A stretch of 64,000 bases of DNA, from the NCBI GenBank assembly GCA_009602735.1, contig WELA01001462.1, positions 300,895 through 364,894 on the forward strand, written 5' to 3'. This document shows, in pieces, positions 51,442-62,190 of this stretch; within the stretch, counting starts at the first letter, position 1; every line of letters begins with the position of its first letter. The stretch comes from Mesotaenium endlicherianum. Its lineage: Eukaryota. A program made the translations under genes and the position numbers. The notes below the pieces were generated by a model. The model was not told the origin of the DNA, did not search any database, and saw only the letters and a list, made by a program, of their open reading frames with translations.

Positions 51442-53756
51442 AGGATGGCAATCTTAGTCGCTGGACTAGGGCCGAGATTGCCACAACTTAAGCAGCCACC
51501 CAAGGGATGTGGGCTGCGACTTCACTTAGACCTGCATGCTAGCCGAAAGGTTAAGCTCCCTGAGTGATAAACTCGAGGAATGCATGCATGCGTTGTTAAG
51601 TGGTTGTGATGCAGCATGGGATCTTTCGAGAGAAAGATGCCTGCATGCGTGGTGCTTGGGTAAGGCTCAAGCATTGCACGCACTTACCTCATCCTTGCCG
51701 CGCACACTTTGCCACAAAAACAAAAGGGAGCAAAGGAGAGAAGAGAAGAGAAAAGAAGGGCGCGAAGGAGAAAGGAGTTCCCAAGGCCACAGGAGAGCCA
51801 AGGAGACACGCTCCAGCCGACGCATGAAGATTCTTTCTCTGAGTGTATCATAGATAGGTTAAAGTTAAGGAGTTCCCAAAGAGGGATCTCGCTGGTCAAA
51901 AGTAGAGAGCTTGCAAAATAGAATCTGCTAGGATTTCTAGCGCAGGATTGAATCAAACACCACAAGCGTGCGAAAGCACATAAAATGGTGAGTGTTGTGT
52001 TAGTTTCCAAGTTCTCAAAAGTCTCTATTGTTGAATTGCTGATAGCAAAAGCAAAGTTAACCAGTAAAGCTCTCAGTGAAGGACTGAGTGAGCCTAGTTG
52101 GCAGTGTGAATTGCTGAGGCGCGGTGTTGGGCAAACAGCTCAAACCAGGCCAGCATAGATGCTATAGTTTCAGAGTTTTGTAAGCTGTGACTTTGTGAAA
52201 GTTAAGCGAAAGCCCTGGAGTGCGATTTTTTCTGAATTTGGTGTTGTGTGTGTTAATCTGCTTAGACGTGATTTCTGCAAACCACAAATTTGTTCACTTG
52301 GTTGAACCTTCAAGTTGGGCGAAAGCCTATTTGGAAGTAAGGCACTTCTGTCTTACGTCTGAGAACTTCAGTTGATTGGTTCAGGTGAACAGGAATTCCC
52401 AAGCAAATTGGGGATCGAGGCCTGTGAAGGCTGTCGGTGCTCAACCTGGAAGGGGACCCGGAAGAATTCAGCTGTACATGCGGTTGAGGAGTGGGAGGAT
52501 CTATCATCCTGTGGAGCCTGTGGAAGGCTCTGATTCAGGCCAGACTCCACGGAGAAGTGAGACGTCTGAGCGGTTTGACAACCCGTGGAGTGAGCGACCG
52601 TCAGGAGACGAGCCTCACATACCTCTACAAAAGGGGAGAATCCGTACAGTGCAAGTTTCTTTGCACCTGATTTGGGCAAAGAAGAAGATGCATGAGTAAG
52701 AGTCAGTAAATATTGGTCACCTTTAGAGATGGCTGGTGATAACAGGGATGAAAATTCTAAGTTCAAGCTATCTACATAATGTTTTAGTGGACGAATCGGC
52801 GAAAACAGTCTCACTTTCAAAGAGCTTGATCGATGAGATCTATTGGGCGGATTTCTTTGAGAATATCCGAAAGGATGCCTCATAGACACAGTCTGTTGCA
52901 TTCATAAGTTTGGTTCAGTACTTGGACAAGGATGCCTTGTTACTCTATCGCCAATTCCGGAAGGATGAGGACCTTATCCAGGAATGGGCATTTGGAGAGC
53001 AAAAAAAGGCTAGGGATTTAAGAATGCAGAAAGACGCTGCAAAAGCCCGATTGTCAGCTTCATCGTCAGGGAGAGCACTGCCTGCCGCACCTGTCGAGAG
53101 CATAGACTTGGCTGCACTAACTCAAGAACTCACCGAGGCCATGCGACATCTTACAGAGGGTCAGCAGAGGACGGCCACTCAAAATGATGAAGTTGGGTTC
53201 GTAGAGTGTGTGCAGATCTGTCTGAAAAGAATGCAAATGCCCAGGAACGAGTAACATGGAGGACTGCACCATTTAATGGACAGCAAGGCGATAGTGCCAC
53301 TACCGAGGCTAGTCAGGCAGAAGCTTTGGCTAGTTGTTGAAGGGACATAGAGGCTGGAGATGACCAGTTGGATCCTGAACACTGTCTGTGCTGTTTTTTA
53401 AATTGCTTGAACAGCGTTTTCCTGAGGACCGCGGTCTTAAGGTGCATCGTTATGTGCATTTTGTCCGTCAGAAGAACGAGACAGTGATGGAGGTTTAGTC
53501 CAGATTGGTAGATTTTGCCAAAAAGGCAGGAACCTACGAGCCTAGGATCGTGGCTGATAAATTTCTGCTGTGCTCGGGCAAGGAAACAGATTGCGAAGTC
53601 ATACCACATCTTTCTGCGAGACGCGAACTCGACTGGGACATAAACGAGGCTGTTGAAATAGCACGCAATGTCGAAGAAGGTGAAGTCTGGTACAAGGAGG
53701 CTTCCAGGACGCTTATGGCTCCTGAGAAAAAGGAGGAATTATCTCCATGAAAGGTT

Positions 53757-54527
53757 ATGAAAGAGTAGTTTGTATTTTTCTAACATTTTATATGCATGGA
53801 GTGTGATTATGGAAGAACTTTGGCCTTTATTTCAAGTCGTTTAGACAAGTAATGAGAAAGTTAATGAATTTTGGGAGTTTTTAGTGAGTTTTTAATGTCA
53901 CAGATTCGATTCAGTGACAAGGACAGGTGCAGTGACAAAAATTTTGATTGGAGTCCAGAATCTAGGAGATTGAAACATAAGGTTCCAAAAACTACGTACA
54001 ATTACGTAGAGTGCCAAAGTGATCATGGAATTTCTGGAAACTTCGTGAGGAGTTAGTGGATTGTGTAATAGAATATTCTAGAGTATGATTGCGTGCGTGT
54101 GAGTGTGCTAGCTTGTCCAACTAGGCAAGGTCACCTACATGGAAGGAGCCATAGCAGAAGGTTCTGGAGGTACTTTGCTAAAGAGGACACTTAGAGATAA
54201 AGCATAAATGGGAAGCACAAAGAAGTAGAGGGAGTCTAGTCTAGTTAGTCTAGTCTAACCTTCTTATCTTGTTCACGACTTTTCTTAATAAAGTGAGTTC
54301 TGTTCCACTCCTCTCTCATGTAGCCCTCTAACTCTCGCAAGGGTGGCATACCACCAGGCCACTCCATCTTGTGTATGCCACTAGGAAAGGTCCTCGTGCA
54401 CGCTTCCACTCGCGGGTGAGGGTGCGTGAGTGTGTATGGGCGCACTCCCCGCACCCTTCCCCCTTTCACTCCAACTAAAAGAAACAGCTCTACTTTTTAG
54501 TTTAAGAAAAAGAGCGGGTCTTTCAAT
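53757..54527. mobile_element. ~770-bp non-coding insertion in gag, probably a solo LTR of another family
   Basis: Interrupts gag-like coding sequence; near-terminal inverted repeat TGAAAGA/TCTTTCA; AGGTT direct repeat at 53752-53756 and 54528-54532, slightly offset from the TG/CA ends. Confidence 0.6.
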
Positions 54528-55962
54528 AGGTTTGCTAAGCACGCCAACACTGCTGAGACAGCAGAAGGTTGTTGGAATTGTGGAAATTCAAGACATAGTA
54601 AAGAGAGACTGTCCGTACCCAGCAACTATCTGCTAGCAAGGCGCAGGTATGCGCACATTGCAATAAAAAGGGACACCCAAAAAGTGAGTGTTGGTCTAAG
54701 AAACCAAACTTAAAGCCGCCTTGGGCTAACACTGCCACGAAGAGGCAGAAAAGGGAAAGGAAAGAATAACTATGGTGACCGCAAGGGCAACTAGAAGCTC
54801 GATGCTATGAGTGCTGAGATTGCTGAGCTGAAAGCTCAATTTGCAAAGCTTAATGTGTCCAATGTCTAATATGATGCACATGTGGCAAAAAAAACCATTT
54901 GCACAGGCGAGAAGTTGATGCCTGAGAAGGTAGCAATTGCAATGTCCAACAAGCGGGCAGATCATAACCGTTTGGTGCCAAAGAATGCTGGGAAGCTTCC
55001 ACAGACCTTTCGGATAGCCTTGGATGAGGAGGAGATCGCTCAGCTACGCCAAGCCAAGATTGGATCACGTAAGACGTTTAGTTTTTCACTGGATAAGCTG
55101 AAGGCTCTGGTTGAGCACCAAATTCAGCATACTCCTATGATCTCACTGGCTGTCTTGTAAATTATATTTCCTTTCACGGTCGAAGAGGCCGAGCGACCGT
55201 CAAATACAGCTTAGGAAGGTGCAAACAGCGCCTCATTGCCCACAAATTTCAGCACCGTCAGAGTGCAAAATAAAGAAGGTGCATTAAAGTTCAACAACTG
55301 GTCTGCTCCCAACTTTTTGTTGGATACAGGCGCACAAACGGTCATCCTGGGAAAACAGGCCGTGAAAGCTCTAGAATTGACGGCAAGGGATCTGAAAGAG
55401 AGCCCTTTCCAGTTGAGACCGCATCAGGGCAAATTTCGAAGTCTTGTGAGACCACTCGCAAGCCTGTGAAAATTGCAGTAAATTAAGGGAAACCTGAGGA
55501 GGCGTCATTGTGGATCAAATGCACAGTGATAGAAGCAGAAAACTATGACATATTGCTAGGGATGAAAGCGTTGATCCCTTTGGGCATGGTTATCGATCTG
55601 CGAAAGCAGAAGGTGACCTATCAACAAATTGATAAGCAACTAGCAGGAGAAATTCCTGTGAAAATGGTCTGCCACGGTGAAGCCAGCTATGGGATGTCAG
55701 ACTGCTGTGCAACCACCGAGTATCCAGAATTCTACAACCATCTGATGAAGATTGAGGAAGAGGCTTACACCAGTATCAACGTGCCTCTGCCATTGGTGTG
55801 GCAGCCAGGCAAAATGGCGCAACTGAAAATGGTGAGTAACATGGACCGCAGCCCGCAAGAGCTGCTACCCGTGCCTTATCTAGTCACTTAAACTTGATGC
55901 CAGGAGTGGAGCCATTATCTCAAGCAACTATTCAGATGGAGAGTCCATTTTGAGAAGCTAGA

Positions 55963-56226
55963 GTGGTGGTATTGAAACTATGTGGCGGATTGGGATCTGG
56001 GACCATAGCATTGATTCAAAGGGGAATTGCAGTGTCTAAGGTTCTCTATGTGGACCACGATGACAACGCCTTCCGCGCTTTTCAAGAAGCATTGAGTCAA
56101 TTGCGACAAATGCATCATTTTAAGAACCTGGTGCCACCCTACCAATATGTGGAGCGTATGGCTGGCGGATGCATTATGAATGTCAGGATAGAAAGCCTGC
56201 ATCCATATCGGATTGATTGGGTATAT
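55963..56226 (+). pseudogene. N-terminal half of a cytosine-C5 DNA methyltransferase domain within the retrotransposon polyprotein
   Basis: VVLKLCGGLGSG (motif I-like, SAM-binding), ALIQRGIAVSKVLYVDHDDNA (motif II-like), ...RIDWVY (the strand leading into motif IV), then cut by the LTR starting at 56227. Confidence 0.7.
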
Positions 56227-56946
56227 TGTGATGAATCAGTATATTAGTAGATATAATATTCATTTAAATATAATAGTTAATTAAGTTCAGCCTGCTAAAC
56301 CCTAGTTAATAATCAGTCTGCTGGACTTCATATTTAATATCAGTTTAATGACTCCGCCGGAAGCAGCAGGCTGAAGTCAACTTAAGTCAGCTTGCTGACA
56401 CATTCTTTGACAGCCAGCTGACTTCCGTACTCGGTAGCAGCGAACTGCCTCGATATGCATCTAAGTGTGATATGCTAGATGAATGGCCAGATGACATCCC
56501 TATGATGGATGGCGATTCGGGATGATGGGAGATGGCGGTGGATTTGGTTAACCGAGGTCCTACCAACGTGGTTAACTCTCGGGTAAGCGGTGCCATCGCA
56601 CTGGCCATTGAACAGTAAACTTATTCCATGTACATATGCTAGGCATTGCTCTCGAGTTCGGCATTCGGAAACGAGGCCAACTCTCTTGTACAGCTTACTG
56701 AGAAAGATCTGAATCCAAGGCAAGAAGCATTGATACGCACTGTCTTCTAACCTTGCTTATGTATGAGTTAACTGATTGCATTATTGATGCTAGTTTACTC
56801 GCATTTGACTTACGAGTATTGTTCACTGCTAGTGTGTTGTCCTTTGCCGTTTCACCAGTTAACAAAAAAAACCATAGAGATTACTTGCTGATATAAAGAT
56901 CTTTATTAATTGTTATTCGTCTATTTGGTAAGTTGATTCATTTCAG

Positions 56947-56958
56947 TGGTATCGGAGC
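56947..56958 (+). promoter_or_regulatory. Primer-binding site (initiator Met-tRNA type)
   Basis: TGGTATCGGAGC, one base after the LTR end; one mismatch to the canonical TGGTATCAGAGC. Confidence 0.9.
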
Positions 56959-57018
56959 AGTTATCAGTGTCTTCTTTGTATGGTAAGGACAAGGTCTCAA
57001 ACTAGCAACTCCCGAGAC

Positions 57019-58458
57019 ATGGAGAACCAGAATAATGAGAATGTCAAGAACCAGGCGGAAAGCTATGTAGCGTGAAACCGTACCTATTCTGAAGCAGTGG
57101 CAGATACTGCAGCTAGAGAGGCTGCAGATGAGGCAGCTGCTATTGCCGCAGTTGCAGCACAGCAAGCTGAGGAGGAGAGAGCCAAATTAGAAGCTGAACA
57201 ATTAGCAAAGGCTGCTGAAGATGCAAAAAGGAGGGAAGGACAGCCAACTGACGAGCGCACTGTTGATGAACTTATGGCATCCAGGGCCAATGTTCTGAAC
57301 CCACCTCCTGCTGTACAACTCAATGTACCCCTAGGTCAAATACGTGACCGGCTGAATGCGGCAGGAATTGCTGCTGCAGGACCGAGAGGGACTGTTGAGG
57401 ACTCTACTCAGCGAGTAGATGCCAATGCTGCTGCTGCATTTGCTAGACTACCACCCCAGAGTGTAGACTGGGGAGCATTGTTCGTTCAAATGCAGTCGCA
57501 AATGGCGACCATGTCTCAGTCCCAACAGGAGGACAAAAGAATCATAATGTCCCCACTGCGGGACAGAGACCAACTGGGGTCTCAAACCATTAGTGGTGGT
57601 GGCAGAGGGCCTAGTAAGCCCAAGCCAAAACCTCCCCAGGACTATGATCCTGAGGGAAACAGAAAATATTACCTGATCAAGTTTCTCGCGGATGTTGAGC
57701 AGTGGCTGGAGAACTACCCAGAACTGCAAGATTACGAGAAGGTCAGGCACACCGGTGCGCTACTCAAAGACGATGCCGCAGACTGGTGGCTATATTGGAA
57801 AGGAGAGCGTAAGGCTCAGCAACTTGGTGACCCTACGTGGGTAGAGTTTGTCGAGAAGTTGCATGAGAAGTTTGATGTCATCAACCAGCAGGAGAAAGTT
57901 ATATATGCGATGATCTCCCTGACACTGAAGCAGACCACTTCAGTTGTTGAGTTTGCTCAAAAGTTCCAGGAGAACATGATGAAGCAGCCAGACTTGCCAG
58001 AACGGTATAGGATAGCATACTTCAGGTATGGCTTGAAATCCGAGGTCTCTGGTCATTTTGCTGAGAAGAAGTATGAGAAACTGGCTGACTTGATCCAGGA
58101 TGCTGACGCCTGGGATCAGCAGCAGTTCAATCACAAGCGCCAGAGTAACGCTTTGGTGTCTAAGATTGTCAAAAAGCCCCACGGTTCCTACAATGCAGTT
58201 GAAGGAGACCAGGCTGAGGATAATCAGGGTGATGAATATGAGTATGAGTACAATGCTATTCAGTCTAGAGGTAGAGGTGGTCCCTCTCGAGGTGGCTATG
58301 GAAGGGGTGGTGGTAGGACTAAGCCAAGACCAGCCTCAGCAAAATCGATTTGTTTCCATTGCCAGCAGCCAGGTCACTTCTGAGAGCAGTGTCCAGTCAA
58401 GCACCTCCCAAAGGTCGAGAGAAAAGACCAGCCTTTAAAAGACAGCAACAGTCAGTAA
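57019..58458 (+). pseudogene. Chromovirus gag with two in-frame TGA stops
   Basis: ATG at 57019; retrotransposon gag core (LLKDDAADWW...TWVEFVEKLHEKF...YFRYGLK); knuckle CFHCQQPGHF*EQC; stops at 57073 and 58381. Confidence 0.9.
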
Positions 58459-61400
58459 TCCAATCTACTGACTATGAGGATGCTAGAGATAGTGAGTCGT
58501 CACTAGCTGCCCTCGTAGCAGGTAATATGGGTCCTGCTGAACTGGAGTCACTATGCATGCCTCACAACCAGATAAAGGAGACCATCAGCAATATAGACAT
58601 CCAGAGAGTGCACACTCTGGATGCTCTTGTTCCACCTGATGTCCAACATTTCTTTGCTAAGTCAGGAGAACAATGCGAAAGTCAGGAAAAGACAGTCCCC
58701 CCCCCCCCTATCCTACTGCATTTGTTGACGGAGGGGCGTCACTTACTTTTATCCATAAGGACTTAGTTAAGCGGCTAAGGCTGCCTACTGTCACCCAAGG
58801 GAATAGAAAAATATTCCTTAAAGATGCCTCAAGTATCCCGAGAGGAGTTATAACCAAGCCTATTGAGGTCCAGTTAGGTTCTGGCAATGCAGTTCTAACA
58901 GAATCGCTTACATTTGAGGTACTCAACACTGGCTTTTATGATCTCGTGCTAGGCAGGTCCTGGCATAATAGACATCAAGCTGAAGTGTGTTGGAGCAGAG
59001 GTACAGTTAAAGTGAGAGGAGCCAGTGATGGGCAGACTGACTTGGCACCCACCAATGCTCTTCCTCTTGTCCTGTGTGGATGGCAACTGAAGGAAAAGAA
59101 GAGGCTTCCAAAAGACAGAATGTTGTTTCTGCTGCTAAGAGTGATACCTCCTCAACCTGAAGTAGTGGTGGAGAAAAAGGTAAGCCCTCCGAAGCACCCT
59201 ATTGCTGCAAACATTGTTGCTCAGTACACGGATGTATTTAATATGCCTCCAGGATTACCCCCTAAGAGAAAATTAGATCATAGGATTGATGTATTACCTG
59301 GGAGTCAACCACCCTGGCAACGCACCTATGGCTTGTCTTATCTGGAGAGCGAGGAGTTGAAAACACAGATTGCAGAGCTTGAGGAAAATGGTAATATTTC
59401 TCCCAGTAAATCACCTTACGGCGCACCCATCCTATTTGTTAAGAAAAAGGACGGCAGTATGCGGACGTGTGTGGATTACAGAGCCCTGAACAGAATTACA
59501 GTAAAAAACAAGTATGCTTTACCCAGAATCGAGGACTTGCTTGATACCCTGTCTGGTGCTAAGGTGTTCAGTAAGATTGATCTCAAGAGTGGTTATCATC
59601 AAATCAGAATTGCTGAGGAGGATGAACACAAGACTGCCTTCCGCACACGTTATGGACACTATGAGTTCAACGTGATGCCATTTGGACTGACTAATGCTCC
59701 TGCGACCTTCATGGGTGCTATGAATGACATCTTCAGACCTTACTTGGATAAGTTTGTGCAAGTTTTCCTGGATGATATTTTAATTTTCTCTAAAGATGAA
59801 GCTCAGCACACTGAACACTCAAAGAGAATCATGGACACTCTGAGAAAAAATCACTTATATGCTAAAATGAGCAAGTGTGATTTCTTTAACGAAAGTATTG
59901 AATTCTTAGGCCACGTTGTCAGTAAAGAAGGCATCAGTGTGGATCCTAAGAAAGTCCAGACCATAAGGGACCGGCCAGTACCACAATTTGTCTCTGAAGT
60001 TAGATCCTTCCTCGGGTTGGCTAACTACTATAGGAGATTTATTGAGAATTATTCTACAAAGGCAAGTAAACTGACTGACCTTACTAAGAAAGACATAGGG
60101 TATGTGTGGGGGGAAGAGCAGCAGGCTGCCTTCCAGAGCCTTAAAGATGCTTTTTGTTCTGCCCCGATGCTAGCCGTGTATGACCCCAGCAAACCGGTGC
60201 AGGTGGTCACTGATGCCTCTGACTTTGCCATGGGTGCTATTTTTTTGCAGCCTGCTGACAAAACCACAAAGGATGGTAAGGTACGGCAGGAGTGGCATCC
60301 TGTGTTGTATGGGTCTATGAAATATAATCCAGCGGAGATTAATTACTCAGTGCATGATAAAGAGCTGCTAGCTATCATTCATGTGCTCAAACAGTGGAGA
60401 GCATACTTACATGGTAAAGCTTTTAAGGTGATTACAGATCATCTAGCTCTGACTCAGTTTCAGAAGAAGTCCAAGCTGTCGAGGAGGGAGAACCGCTGGA
60501 GCCAGATGCTGGAGCAGTTTCAAGTCCAGATCGACTACAAACCAGGGAAGTTAAATCCTGCTGATGCACTTTCTAGAAAGCCTGACTTGCAAGAAAGGAA
60601 CTTTAGTCAGCATGGTGTAGATAAAGTCCTTTGTGCACTCACTTCACTGAAGGTGAAAAAGTCCTTCCTTGAACAACTTAGAAAAGCCTACCTTTCTGAC
60701 CCAACATTTGAGCCCAGCCCCACTACTGGTATGTGTCGTGCTACTGCACTCGGGTATGAGCTTAAGTGAGGGGTCTGGGTGACTAAAACCACTTCAGGCA
60801 GGCTGAAGCTAGTCATTCCTAATAACGTGGAAATAAAATCCCTTTTATTGAGTCAAGCACATGTTACTCTCTAATATAATCTCAGACAGGGACTCAAAAT
60901 TTGCCTCTTAGATCTGGAGGGCTTTAATGGGGTTAATGGGAGTCAAATAGCTGCTCAGCACAGCAAACCACCCTCAGACTGATGGGCAGACTGAAAGAAC
61001 TAACCGACTTCTGCAAAAGGTACTGAGAGCTTATATTAACCATAAACAAGATAATTGGGATGACCTGCTACCCCAAATCCAATTTGCGGTCAACAATGCG
61101 GTCCTCGCGTCAACGGGCAAGACTCCTTTTCAACTAAGCCTGGGTAGAGTCCTCAAGTCTCCTTTAGATGTCCTAGGAGAGTCTTTACCTCACCCTACAG
61201 GGATTGACAATCTGGTCTCCCTCCACCTAACTAAGGAGTTTGCTGACACCCTGTCAGAAGTCCAGCAGAACCTGCACAGAGCCCAAGAATACCAACAAAA
61301 GTACGCTAATCAGCACCGTCGAGAACTGACCTTTTCTAAGGGCGATTTGGTCAAACTGCATTCTCAGCACCTGTACCTCCCTGGTGTGGTCAAGAAAAAG

Positions 61401-61796
61401 CTTGGCCCTGTCTGGATCGGTCCATATTCGGTGGTGCGTCGTGTCGGAAAGAATGCTTACAAACTGAACATGTCAGCCAAATACAAGGGTCATCCGGTCT
61501 TTAATGTCTCCTTCCTGGAACCATACATCAAAAGTGATACACTGTTCACAGGTCGGTTACCTGTCCAACCGAGACCGGTCCCAGCTGTCCGGGACGGCGA
61601 CCCTGAGGAATATGAGGTTGAGGACATTTTAGACGCGCGTTCGGTCCGTCGATCGTCTAAATATGTCATGAAGTACCTCATTTGATGGAAGGGTTACGAT
61701 GCCTCTGGGGACACTTGGGAATTTAAAGACCATTTGACTAATGCCAAAGGAGCGTTGAAACGGTTCCACCTTCGGGCGGCTGGAGCACCTCTCTAA
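58434..61796 (+). pseudogene. Chromovirus pol (PR-RT-RNaseH-IN-chromodomain), with a frameshift at poly-C ~58700, stops and an internal integrase deletion at ~60868
   Basis: [26 protein letters not shown]...[12 protein letters not shown]...[10 protein letters not shown]; RNase H VVTDASD...DKELLAI...VITDH; IN jumps from SQAH to IISDRD (rest of the HHCC finger and the first Asp missing), HPQTDGQTER, GPY; chromodomain EYEVEDIL...YLI*WKGY...TWE. Confidence 0.95.
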
Positions 61797-62190
61797 CAGT
61801 CATTTCAGTTGACACGGGAAGGTGACAGGAGGTCCTGTCTCCATTTAAGTTGGAGGGGAAAATATATGACATTTAATGTGCGAGAGCGAGAAAGGGACAG
61901 TTATGTGAACCCTAAGTGTCAGCATAGTGACAGAGGGGACAGCCTGGCCCACATAAAGCACCTTTAGCTGAAGGAAAAAGGGCCTCACACAGCCATACAT
62001 CACTTAACACACCTGAAAACACATTCATACGTTTATGTCTAGCGCACCGCAACTACGTCAACTCCTAGCAATCACCCTGTAAGGTAAACAGGAACGAATA
62101 TACTATATTAATACGAACTTACTCCCTTCTTGCAACTTCTAGGACAAAGGTCGATATCCTACTAAGTTGTGCCCTGGTTACATGTGCAGA

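Larger units (their letters stand above)
51102..56226 (+). mobile_element. 5' part of a degenerate Ty3/gypsy-like LTR retrotransposon: putative LTR, gag with two CCHC knuckles, aspartic protease, DNA methyltransferase domain
   Basis: Putative LTR ~51102-52312 (TG..CA, boundaries weakly supported); MRLRSGR at 52478; gag-like fragments 52730-53750; knuckles CWNCGNSRH (54570) and CAHCNKKGHPKSEC (54650-54691); protease FLLDTGAQ (55323) ... YDILLG; MTase motifs from 55963. Many stops and frameshifts. Confidence 0.8.
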
